Origin: Paraphysomonas bandaiensis
Taxonomy: Eukaryota > Protista > Chrysophyceae
Reading direction: 5' to 3'
DNA length: 64,000 nt
NCBI GenBank assembly: GCA_965644295.1
Contig: CBFFRP010000025.1
Span: 62,001 to 126,000 of the forward strand
A model generated the notes under the pieces. The model was given only the letters and a program-made list of their open reading frames with translations. It was not told where the DNA came from and did not search any database. The position numbers and the translations under genes were made by a program. Positions 47,185 through 58,381 of the stretch are shown piece by piece; within the stretch, counting starts at the first letter, position 1, and the number at the start of each line of letters is the position of its first letter.

Positions 47185-47751
47185 TTCCGCAAGCACCAAG
47201 AGGTGAAATTATTCATCATCACATTTATATATAATATATAACACGCTTTTCTCTGCAAGTGCACTTGATTTGAATGAAATGAGGTAGGAGGCACACAATA
47301 TTAACCTGATGAGCACGACATGACCCGAAACAATTAATTGGTTTTAAAAGTAATAATTTCAATTATTATTATTGATAAATGTTGCCAATTAATTGTTACC
47401 CAAGCCTTCCTCTCACCTATATATTGTTACGCAAGCCTGCTAATATACAATATACCATGCTAATATTGTTGGAGTATCTGTAATATATAAGGTATAAATA
47501 CGTTTACTAGCTGCCCATCGAATATTCAATCACTGAAATTTAAATCGTGAAATAGATTAATTAAAATAAGTGATATATTCATATATTCCTCCTAATATAT
47601 ATGCCCGTAGAGATTTAAAGTGAATATTACAAGAGGTACATTCATAGCATATCATATATCTGGAGAATGCTACTTCACGCAACTGATACAGTGGGACCGA
47701 GATAAACCTGATCTTATCCGCTTCCCAAGTAAACAATTCTACAGCGATACA

Positions 47752-48843
47752 CTATGGACTAGTCGACACGGCTTCGTCACTGACAGCAGTGATAGTTACA
47801 TTAGCTTTTATTTTCGGTTTGGCAGCAAGGATTCCCATTAGCCTTCCCGGATTATACACCTCAAAAACTGTTTCACGGGGAAGATTATTGGGAAAACATG
47901 GGGGCGTCCACTACAACTCCATGATAAGTAGATGACGAGAAGGAAATACAAGTATGTACCTGCGGTACGACGGCCTTCGCCACAACATGATCCTGGGATT
48001 TCACCAGCCACACCAAAACCACCTCATCTTCTGTAGTCGGATCGCGATCAAAAATCATGACCACCCCGCCCGCTTTGACATACACGGGCCACCCATTACT
48101 TGTTTCTCCGTTTGGGTCGTAGCGTCCATTTACCGTCTCTGCTGCCCGGCCGTCCATCCCTGCAATCTCGAAGGGCAGCGCGTTCTCCACACGCCACTTG
48201 ATCTCCTCTTCCCAACGGTTCGTCGCACGGTTTCTCTTCCGCCTATTCTATAATATAACTATTGTGTAACCTCACAGCTTATTCCGAATTCATACGCACC
48301 ACCGCCTCTTCGATAATACAATGGACATCGGAATCACAAGCCACTTCCAAGGGGTTCATCCCGTCCTAAATGTAATGTGACATGATTAATGGATATGTAT
48401 ACTGAATTACATTGTTCTTGGCAGTGGCATCAGCTCCCCGCTCAATAAGTGCAAGTGCTACCACAGTATTGCCCATTTTGCAAGCGATATGCAGAGCTGA
48501 GCATCCATCCTACATCGATTCACTCTTAGCTTCAAATCTTTATATTGCAAAAAGGGTATGCACACTTTATCTTTAGATGTTAGTTCAGCGCCTGCGTCAA
48601 TAAGCTGAAGAACCATTTCTTTCATACCAGCAATAGTAGCTTTGTGAATTGGGCGATTTCCATCCTAACTGACAGTCACAAACATGAAATACATAAACGG
48701 ATAACAAATAATACCGCTGCCAACTCATTCACATCTGATCCATTCTGCAGCGCATTCAAGAATGCCTCCATTGCTCCCTCTTCACATGCTTTATGAAGTG
48801 GAGGTATTTCACCAAGGCTTGCAGTGCGATCATATGACGCCAT
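47752..48843 (-). CDS. ankyrin-repeat protein with an uncharacterised C-terminal domain, about 6 exons
   Basis: PPLHKACEEG, RPIHKATIAG..LIDAGA, SALHIACKMG..LIERGAD and NPLEVAC. C-terminus VNGRYDPNGETSNGWPVYVK; last exon WTPPCFP..VSTSP*. Confidence 0.8.
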
Positions 48844-49524
48844 TTCACTGAATAGAGCACTCAATAACTATGAATAACTTCGGTTGATTCTGAATACGGT
48901 GAAGATAGAGGTAAGATAGAGTAACAGAATCAGATCCAATTGTTTATCAGTATATTGTAGAGTGGTATATATATAGCAGTGATATCTTTGACGGCATATC
49001 CATCATACCATACCACACATACGTAGCTACAAGCAACACAATGCGATGATAACGTTAACCGTTTTTGTGACATCCGTATGTGGTACACAGCAGTATGCGT
49101 ACGGTATACTCCCTCTGTACACGCTCCACACGCATCTCAACACCTTTTTTTATTATGATTCTAATCGCGTTATATCGCGAGTGGTCACACTACGTACTCC
49201 TGCTGGTACTGCTGTACCTACAACTCAAGTGACTCCCATATACAAAGGTGTGTATTCAAAAAAATCACATCAAAATATCGCCAAAAAACAATATTTTATT
49301 TCTAGACGACAATCTACTGGGTTTTGTCCTATAGAAATAGAAATAAATGTACTATAATTGTAATTTTGTTCAATCTACCAAAAAAACATGGATATATACA
49401 GCAGTAGTGCAGTGGTTGGCTGCAAGAGGGTTATGTGTGGCTCCAAGTCCTCATCTCGACTGGCCTTAGGAGACCCATATATACACCATATTAACTGGTT
49501 ATTCACGTCTATAATTAAGGTAAT

Positions 49525-51339
49525 ATGTTGTTGCCAATTACAAGTAGTCTCCTTGCAGCTGATGCAGCATTCATTTATCTAAATAAGCTCCCTATTCCTC
49601 AGAGTATGGATGCTCTGATGAAATCCGATAAAGACTCGAAATTAGCATATGGAGGAGCCATTGCTCTTGGAAGCATCACTGGTATCCTTCTTGTTAACAA
49701 AATGTTTGGAACGGATCCTATTGGCCGTACATGGGAAATGTTTAAGGTCTATATATAGTGAACTGGATCTTATGAGTGTAGTGATGTATGTATGTATATG
49801 TGCTGTAGGTGTTTCTTCGTCAGGAGAAAACAAGAAATATTAAAGTAGACGAGTGGATAGATAAATACAACGATCTTCATGATGATAACAAAGAGGGTGT
49901 TGATGCCCGTAATTCCTCGTACACAACACTGGTCAACTCTTACTATGAGTTGGCTACTCTGTTTTACGAGTGGGGATGGGGCCAGTGCTTCCACTTCGCC
50001 TATAAACTCAAAGGCGAGTCCTTCAAAGAGGCTGTTGCACGCCATGAGTACTATCTTGCCGGCAGACTGGGTGTCCGTGAGGGAGATAAAATTCTAGATG
50101 TAGGTTGCGGCATCGGTGGTCCAATGAGGAATATCGCAAGGTTCACACGTGCCGAAGTCACCGGCATTACCTTGAATGAATACCAGGTCCTCCGCGGTAA
50201 TGAGCTCAACAAAGCTGCTGGCCTCACGGGACGAGCCCTCTCTGTGCAAGGGGATTTTATGAAGCTCCCTTTTGATGCCGAATCCTTCGATGGCGTGTAT
50301 GCTATTGAGGCCACATGCCACGCTCCTAGGAGACAGGAAGTATACGGCGAGATCTTCCGTGTTCTTAAGCCTGGACAGGTTTTTGCTACCTACGAGTGGT
50401 GTCTAACCCCTCACTATGATGGAAATAATGAGACCCACCGATTGATTAAGAAGAAGATCGAGGAAGGTGACGGGCTTCCGGACATGGCCACACAAGAGGA
50501 ATGCGTACAGGCCCTTCGTGACGTTGGATTCGAGGTCAGATACCTTCTATTTTTTTGCATGTTATGTTTTCTGTTCATGTATGAGTCCTGTGAAGATATG
50601 ATATTCTGTGTTATCGTCCTGATAGAATTATCTTGTGACGACACCATATATCTGACGGACAGTGATGTGATGCACTTACTATATGAATATGAATTCAATT
50701 TATCTAATGCGTTTCGTGTCCAATGAAGATATGATATTCTGTGTTATCGTCCTGATAGAATTATCTTGTGACGACACCATATATCTGACGGACAGTGATG
50801 TGATGTACTTACTATATGAATATGAATTCAATTTATCGAATGCGTTTCGTGTCCAATGAAGATATGATATTCTGTGTTATCGTCCTGATAGAATTATCTT
50901 GTGACGACACCATATATCTGACGGACAGTGATGTGATGTAATGTGCTATCTACATGTACGATCAAACGAAAAATAAATTATGATCGAACTGTTATGTAGA
51001 TTGTTGAGGCCCGCGATGCTGCTCTTGATCAAACCTTTGGTGGCGAGCCCTGGTGGATGCCCCTACACCCTTCTCCTAATCCCTTTTCTTTCCGCTTCCA
51101 GATGCACCCTGTTGGGAAGTTCTTTATGCGCAATATTCTGTGGACTTTGGAGTGCATATGGTAATGCGTCCTATTTGTATCGAGAAGAAAAGATAACTTT
51201 TGTGTATAGGCTTGTTCCTTCTGGCACATACAAGGTCGAGGAAATGCTTCAACAGGGTGGCTGGGGATGTGAGCGTGGCGGCTATACCGGTATCTTTACC
51301 CCAATGTACCTTATGGTAGCACGCAAGCCTCTAAAATAA
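49525..51339 (+). CDS. SMT1: sterol C24-methyltransferase (SMT1/ERG6 family)
   Basis: LVNSYYELATLFYEWGWGQCFHFA, RHEYYLA, LDVGCGIGGP, YAIEATCHAP, YEWCLT, IEEGDGLP and GIFTPMYLMVARKP*. Confidence 0.95.
50591..50940. repeat. 133-bp tandem repeat (~2.6 units) inside an SMT1 intron
   Basis: Units start at 50591, 50724 and 50857 (tgaagatatgatattctgtg...) and are nearly identical. Confidence 0.95.
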
Positions 51340-52187
51340 ACCAATTCACTGTGTCATTGTTGGTATGCACCACCCACACTTGAGTTCATCACGTTGTGAG
51401 ATCGAGAAAGCTTGCGATGGAGACACAGAGTGTATGGAATCGGGGCGAGTTTTTTTAGCTGGGATAGGTGGCTGTTAAGATAATTGTAATAAACTTTGGT
51501 GTGTCCAAATATTTTTACTTTTTGCGTTGTGTTCCAGCGATTAAATGGTAAGAGTGAAACTTAAAGTAAGTAGTGCAACTTTCCATCGATAGACATCTGA
51601 TTGCAAGGAAGCATATGTTATTTATCCATTTGACCACAAAAGAAACGTATTTTCGACCTGAGTTGGGTTCAACAACGCTCACATTAGCACCGAGAACTTT
51701 AATATTCGGTTCAAATAGGGACTATCTTCCATCTCATTTGAAAGCGATTTCATTGTAGTACAAAACTTTAAGGAGAAAACAAAGATACCAATAAAGAATT
51801 GATCTTTATAATAGTTAAACAATGTTGTGATTATTAGAGTGTAAGTAATGAACACGATAGAGCGAAAATTATTTATGCTATCATGCAGAACGGAATAGTT
51901 AGAAGTGTAACTGATAATGACGACGTTATGATGACGATCATGTATCTTCGACAGATACTCTCTCTAAGTCAGTTCATGATATATTTCATTGAACATTATA
52001 ACTCACAGATACAATCATGTATTTAGTATTTAGCTGAATCCTAATAATACCATTGATTAGAAAGAAAACTTTGAGTTTTTCCTTTATTTCTTCATGTTAA
52101 TCAGTGAATACCTCTTTTCTCTAGCAACAAGCATGCTACTAATACCTTAGCAATCATTATTTTTTTAACATCATTATTATTATTGGT

Positions 52188-52325
52188 GAATGTATATTTA
52201 TTAGCAATACATGTGTAAGAGTCAGAATTAGTGTGGCATTTCAATTTATCTAACTGATATCGTCCTATTTAACGCTACCAAAGCTGCTATTTACTATTTA
52301 CCTACCGCAAGAACAAAGGTGCAAC
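52188..52325 (-). mobile_element. old 3' fragment of the CCCTCAAC element
   Basis: ttattagcaata..aagagtcaga..ctatttaacgctaccaaagctgc..ccgcaagaacaaaggtgcaac. Confidence 0.6.
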
Positions 52326-52659
52326 GACGAGGATAAGTTATAACTTAACCCAGAGCTACCATCATCATTTGTCCAAATTTCGAAACTCCGGCTTTTCGTG
52401 CGTTTGAGGAGATAACCTCCTGATAACCCGTCGTTAAATAATACCCTATTATACTGGCTGCTTCTAATGCGAAAAACCTTCTCTATAATAAGGAAGTACA
52501 TGTACTTGACACAAGGTATGAATAGTTTAGGAATATTAATAGAAATTGTTATATATTATATCATAACCCAATCTATGTTCAACTATACAATACGTAAGAT
52601 AAGGAAATCTAATTTCCTTTCATGAAGTGTATATAATACAAATAGGATGCCCATAAATT

Positions 52660-54438
52660 CTAACTAACAAATTCTTTCTTCAAACCACTCTCAGAAAGAT
52701 GCCACATCTGTGTCGCCTTAAATCTACCACAAAAGTTCACATCATGTGACACTAGTATTACAGCGCCTTCAAAGCCACTCAGCACTTCCGACAACGACTG
52801 CTGAGTTTCTACATCTAAATTCTCAGATATTTCATCCATCACTAGCAGAGTCGGCTGTGGATTATGCAGAAGTTGTTTGGCAAGATGAAGTCTCACTCTC
52901 TGTCCCGCTGACAGACACTGAATAGGCCGCAGCGCCACATCGCCCTTCAGACCAAAGTTTCCAAGGTGTTGCCTTGCGGCTGTGTTGGTCATGGATGCGT
53001 CCCCGATGAGATAAGCAGCAGCACATATCTCGCTGTGATAGGTCGAAAGGTCACTTAGAGCACTTTGGGGGAAGTACAACGCCTGTCCCCTCCGCACGAT
53101 ATTTCCCTCAGACGGCTGTAGTTCTCCTAATATTAAACGAAGAAGGGTGCTTTTACCACATCCATTTGGACCGCAAAGCAATATACGGTCTTGGGGACCT
53201 ACACATTCATTCAACGGACCGAATAGAAACTTCTTGGCGCTGCTTTCTGCTTTACTAGGATCACCATTCACGTGGTCAGAGTCATAGGTAAAGGACACAT
53301 CAATAAGCTGTATCGCTGGTCCATCTGCAACTACTCCAGATATGCAGAGAGGTTTCACCTGCTCACACAGAGCCTGTTTCCGCCACTCTTCTACAGTCTC
53401 CGCCTGCCGTTTGAGCTGCTTCAACTTTGCAGCAGCAGAACGGTCTGCTTTTTGTTTGGACTCTTTGTTTTTTCCCTTGATAAACCTTTGGTCGGCATTC
53501 TTCGCAGTGGTTTTCTTAAAACTTTGCTCTCTCTTCTGAAGTTGGGATTGAACGTGTTTCAGAGTTTTCGTTGCGCCTTGTACCTGCTGTTCGTAGGCGA
53601 CACAACTCTTCTCAGCGCGATGCACGTCATTCATATGGGATGCTCGGAAAGTTTGGTAACTACCGCTGAAGCAAGAGAGTGTCAAATTGGCGGAGTTGAT
53701 ATACCAAATACGGTCACAGAGTGAATCTAGTAAAGATTCCTTATGAGAAATAAGGAGCACCATCGAATTATTCACATGTGCCGCATAAGATATTTTCTGT
53801 ATGAGCCACTTTGTGGATGCTGCGTCCAGAAACGAGGGCTCGTCAATAATGAGCACGTCGGGATGCGCCATGAAGGCCGTGGCAAGACGACACTTGTATC
53901 GCCATCCACTTGACAGCTGTCCAATTGGCTTCGACAGATGCGGACGGAAGCCCAGATCATCCAGTGTTTGGTTGATTTCCTCCACTGATGAAAGACGCAT
54001 CTCGTCCAACAATTCATATTTTTCACCTAACAAATTATACTGTTCCTCAATCGAATCTGTATTTTCATTAAGAGAATCTTCGAGTTGTTCAATTTCTTGT
54101 CGTAGTGAAGATATATTAGTTTCAACTGCATTGTTAAGATAAGTCTCAGCTGTCATGCTCTCTTCTTCATCTTGAGTAAACACATAAGTTTCATGAGATG
54201 AGAGATATTGTACAGTAAGATCATTAGGAAACTCTGGTAATTCTTTTGAAGCAATTGTTTTTGCTAAAGATGTTTTACCAGACCCATTAGTGCCTATCAG
54301 ACCTGTCACAACACCACGCACTAGAGAAAACTCCGATGGTTCAAATAAAACATTGTTATCATGCGATAATCCTAATCGAAAATTAAGAGATGTACCATGA
54401 TAACTGCAGAAAGAATCAGTGGTCCAGGTAGCTAGCAT
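52660..54438 (-). CDS. ABC-F family ATPase (two NBDs, no TM), intronless
   Basis: Walker A GTNGSGKT and GPNGCGKST; signatures LSSGW and LSAGQ; Walker B IIDEP and VMDE; H-loops ISH and VSHD. First ATG at 54438. Confidence 0.9.
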   Translation of the reverse strand: MLATWTTDSFCSYHGTSLNFRLGLSHDNNVLFEPSEFSLVRGVVTGLIGTNGSGKTSLAKTIASKELPEFPNDLTVQYLSSHETYVFTQDEEESMTAETYLNNAVETNISSLRQEIEQLEDSLNENTDSIEEQYNLLGEKYELLDEMRLSSVEEINQTLDDLGFRPHLSKPIGQLSSGWRYKCRLATAFMAHPDVLIIDEPSFLDAASTKWLIQKISYAAHVNNSMVLLISHKESLLDSLCDRIWYINSANLTLSCFSGSYQTFRASHMNDVHRAEKSCVAYEQQVQGATKTLKHVQSQLQKREQSFKKTTAKNADQRFIKGKNKESKQKADRSAAAKLKQLKRQAETVEEWRKQALCEQVKPLCISGVVADGPAIQLIDVSFTYDSDHVNGDPSKAESSAKKFLFGPLNECVGPQDRILLCGPNGCGKSTLLRLILGELQPSEGNIVRRGQALYFPQSALSDLSTYHSEICAAAYLIGDASMTNTAARQHLGNFGLKGDVALRPIQCLSAGQRVRLHLAKQLLHNPQPTLLVMDEISENLDVETQQSLSEVLSGFEGAVILVSHDVNFCGRFKATQMWHLSESGLKKEFVS

Positions 54439-55976
54439 ATAATAGTTCGAATTAAGTGTCAATCCCCCTTGAAAGTATGGCACTGTTGCTGTTGCTTCTA
54501 AGTATGTGGATTGCTATGTACTTGCTGTATGTACAGCAGCAGTGTACCTGCATATATGAGGGTTTTGACGATCCATGAACAAAAATTCTATGAACTTTTC
54601 TCATGGAAAAATGACAGAACAAGAATACATAGTACTGTACTGTACGTAGGAATTCCGAGTATATAGAAAATCTACGATGATCGTTATTCCTTCCTACTCG
54701 TGCAGCATGTACGACGCAGTGAAGCTATAAAACTGGGGTTTTGACTATATAGTGTTATGTTTTCAGCGAAAATGTACAGTATGTAACAAAATCATTGCCT
54801 TAACAATGTCAGTCATACTTCTTGTAGCCAGGCAGTTTATCATTGCATGACATATCAACTCCGACAAGTTATTCTTGCGTCAGACGACCACAGACAACAG
54901 TGGCACGTTAATTCCAGTAGTTGACAGCTCTAGCAGTGTGGATACGAATCATATGAGTGAGGAAAGGTTTGCAGGTCTTTGAGAGGACGGCTCGTAATGT
55001 TCATGAGTTACTTTCGATATGAGATACCAATTTTTACTATCCATTTATTATACGAAGTGATACTCTGATCATTTGCCGGAGAATTTTGATGTATCTTGCG
55101 CTGTGTTGGCTAAACAGTTGCATGTGCTGACTTATATCAGTGTATATACACTGCATAGCTTTGATTCGTATAAGCCGCAGTCCTGATGTTAGTGTAGTGT
55201 ATATGAAACTTGATAGAATAGGCCGCTGGGTATATAAGCTTTGATTTAGATCTCCAACTGTTTGTCATATATGCTTTGAGCTTTACGGTGTCATACACAA
55301 GTCGACTCCTGTGAGTAATATTGTAACTCACTGGAGTTGAATTTTACACTCATTTAGCTAAATTGGAGTGCATGCCAAGTACAGTGAGCGTCAAGTGGGC
55401 GAGAGAGGAAGACGTAGTCCGTTTACCTTTTACATTTTGCAAAATACAACATACCTTGATGTGCCGATGTGATGGAGGGAGATCCGCATGTACCAGCTTT
55501 GAGTTTTGGGAGGATGAGAAATCTCATTGTGATTAGTGATAGAGGTAATGATGAGAACACTCACTCTTGTGTCAACTCTCATTACCCGAAATATCCTTTA
55601 TGTAGTTGTGTTTTCCTATAGGGTATACCGGCTTAATGTGATGGTTCTACTAAGCACATCAGTGGATTACATGAGAAATTACTAAATAATTACATAATTA
55701 CTAGTGAAAATATATAGGCATGTTGTGTATAGGTCTCGCTCTAAACTAAATAAAACTACTGAACCGAAAATGGTTCAAGTACTACATAAACATTCGTAGA
55801 CGTTTATTCGGAAAGCATTGCTAGTACATTGGCCGACATAGCATACTTTCACACTTCAATAACTCTAATGTCACACATAAAGAAATTCGGTAGTTTATTC
55901 TTATACATGAGCCAATAAGTATGAATATTTCTGTATTTGATCTATATCTATAATCTATACTGATAATAAGGTTCTT

Positions 55977-56572
55977 TTATTTGCTGAGCGTTTGAATCCC
56001 ACTTCTACTAATATAGTCTTCCCAGTGCTGTCCATCGAAACCTTTCATTTCATGCGTAGTTCCATCCTAAAAACAAATGAATTTCTGGTTCATAATTTCA
56101 AATTTCATACCTGAGCCTGGAGACAAGCGAAAGTCACAGCGTAGCCATCAGGATTGGACCGGGGTATCTGCGGATCAATTAGATAAAGTTACTCAGTCGA
56201 TAAAAAATAATTGCTCACATAAAACGACTGAACACCACAGTGTTTGCAAAAGTAATGTTTTGCAACATGTGTGTTGAACGTGTATAACTGAAGGTCATCA
56301 CTTCCTGTTAATAGTTTGAATTTGCTGTTGGGGACAACCACATGCCAGTTTTTCTTCATATCACAAACAGAACAATTGCAATTCCACACTAATAAATGCC
56401 TTGGAGCAAATATTTCAAATGTAACAGCTTTACAATGACAGTTACCATTATACAGAATATCTTCACATGTGTTGGTAGAGGAGGACTCATGAGCTCTCTT
56501 ACTGTGCAAATAAAACATATTCGCAACAATAGATCCAATAAACAAACTTCCAGCTATAGGTAATGAATCCAT
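55977..56572 (-). CDS. CENPV: CENP-V / GFA family Zn-binding protein
   Basis: GNCHCKAVTF, WNCNCSVC, YTFNTHVAKHYFCKHCGVQSFY, then IPRSNPDGYAVTFACL and FDGQHWE in later exons. Confidence 0.85.
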
Positions 56573-56712
56573 TTACTTGAATATCTCACTCACAGAGGGT
56601 TAGGGAATGATACATATGGCTATACGGAGTACCATAACAGAGCCTCAGCTTAATAGTCACACCACTGGATCTCTCTATAGAGAGCGAGTGCTACTGTTCC
56701 TAGCTACGATTC

Positions 56713-57022
56713 TTTTTTCGGAAATATATTGAAGCAAAATTCCACTATATTACAGTAATGCAACTACGGCTGGAATACAGAGAATTGTTGTCTCAATATT
56801 TCCTCAAGTCGATGTTGTTTTTTATCAATATAAAATGGATATAGTTCCTAAAAAGGTTGATTTATTAGTCTGATCGACAATTTCGTATCGGCAGTCTGCA
56901 TCTTAGTTTTCGGAAATAAATTGAAGCAAATATACTCTATATAACTGCAATACAACTACGACTGAAATACAGAAAATTGTTGTCTCAATATTAGAGGCAT
57001 CTTGGAACAAAAATATACAAAG
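56713..57022. repeat. one partial and one full copy of the ~138-bp dispersed repeat
   Basis: 56713-56799 and 56884-57022 match 26883-27021. Confidence 0.85.
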
Positions 57023-58381
57023 AATGCCGATACGTTCCACATCATATCAACACATAAAAGTGGTGTTTTTTGAGTGATACAAACATCCGCCCTAACAAAA
57101 ACACACACTGCTCTTCTCAGCTCAACCAACCCGCCCAAAGATTCGAAAGATGATGATATCCATATAAAGATAGCAGTAACATCTGAAGGTAGATAGTAAT
57201 GGTTGAACACTGAAGATAGGGAGGGGGGAGGGAGGAGAGCCCCTCCCCTCACTCCATCTGTATATATACATATGACTATGCAGATATATACTCCTCATTA
57301 AGCGATAAATGAGATCAGATATGAGGGCTGTGGGTAGTAATACATCATTAGACAGTAAAGTTCTGTAGAATGTGATCCGTATGTGAGGTTGCACAGATGT
57401 CATAAGACAGTCCTGTCACTGTACAATGGGTCGTAAACTGTGTAACTCCTCAGAGTATGTATGTTCTCTACATGAGCAGATACAGTGAAGGAGAAGACTG
57501 ACTATGCGTGTGAATAGCCTGTCAAAATGAAGGAGTTAGTTGTAGTCTGCTCTAACATGTAATGGTACCTCTCTAGATCATGTACATTGTCGACTACTTT
57601 TAGAAGAGAAAGTACAATAAATGTTTATATAAAGTAAGATATTCTGTACTATTTTGAATTAATCTATTGAAAATCAACTGAAATCATTGTTCTATGTCCA
57701 GTACTAGTTCAAAATGATGCCATTGCAAGTGATCTATCTTCATAACTAGGACTTCGAAGCAATACTCCAAGAATTCTATAATCTTTCACTTGCTCTCCTA
57801 ATGTCAATCCGGAAAACCAATTTCTCAAGCAATATTCATATCTATACATTCATGCATTATAATATTAGTTTTTAACATCAAGAGAATAAGGACTATCGCT
57901 GCTCATCCTTTTATCAAATTTGAACCGTGGGCTTTCATTACAAGGGACGAAGTACATTACATAAACTGCTCTTTGGATTCATTACGTATGCATGTTGTGG
58001 TAGTATTGAAGAGATATGTTATGAAACCGATGTGTCAATTTAATAATGTAGGATGTGGATCTAGTAGGGAGTTCTATACGTTTTGGAGAAGAACATGATC
58101 ATATCAGTGATAAACAGCATATTACTCTTAGCAGCCAATTGAACTTGATTCATGTCATCACTGTATTACTAAATCACTACATATCTCACTTTGAACCACA
58201 AATTCTACGCTACAATGTCCAATCACTACACAGTAACTACAGGCAACTACAGATGCTTCTACACTAGCAAAGGAGAATATCCACCCGACGATACAATCGC
58301 GAGCATGGACGTTATTCTACGCTGTGGTGCAGCATCAGTACGTTGTTATATATACAAAAGAATTGACGGATGGAAATTACA

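Noticed and set aside
47306-47345. Hammerhead-like CTGATGAG...CGAAAC
   Set aside because: Stem II does not pair beyond one G-C, stem I cannot close, and the downstream part is MITE-derived AATT repeat.
50591-50940. CRISPR-like array
   Set aside because: Contiguous 133-bp units with no unique spacers, in a eukaryotic intron, with no cas genes.
57212-57255. G-rich/C-rich tract as a G-quadruplex or regulatory hairpin
   Set aside because: Single short low-complexity occurrence with no supporting context.
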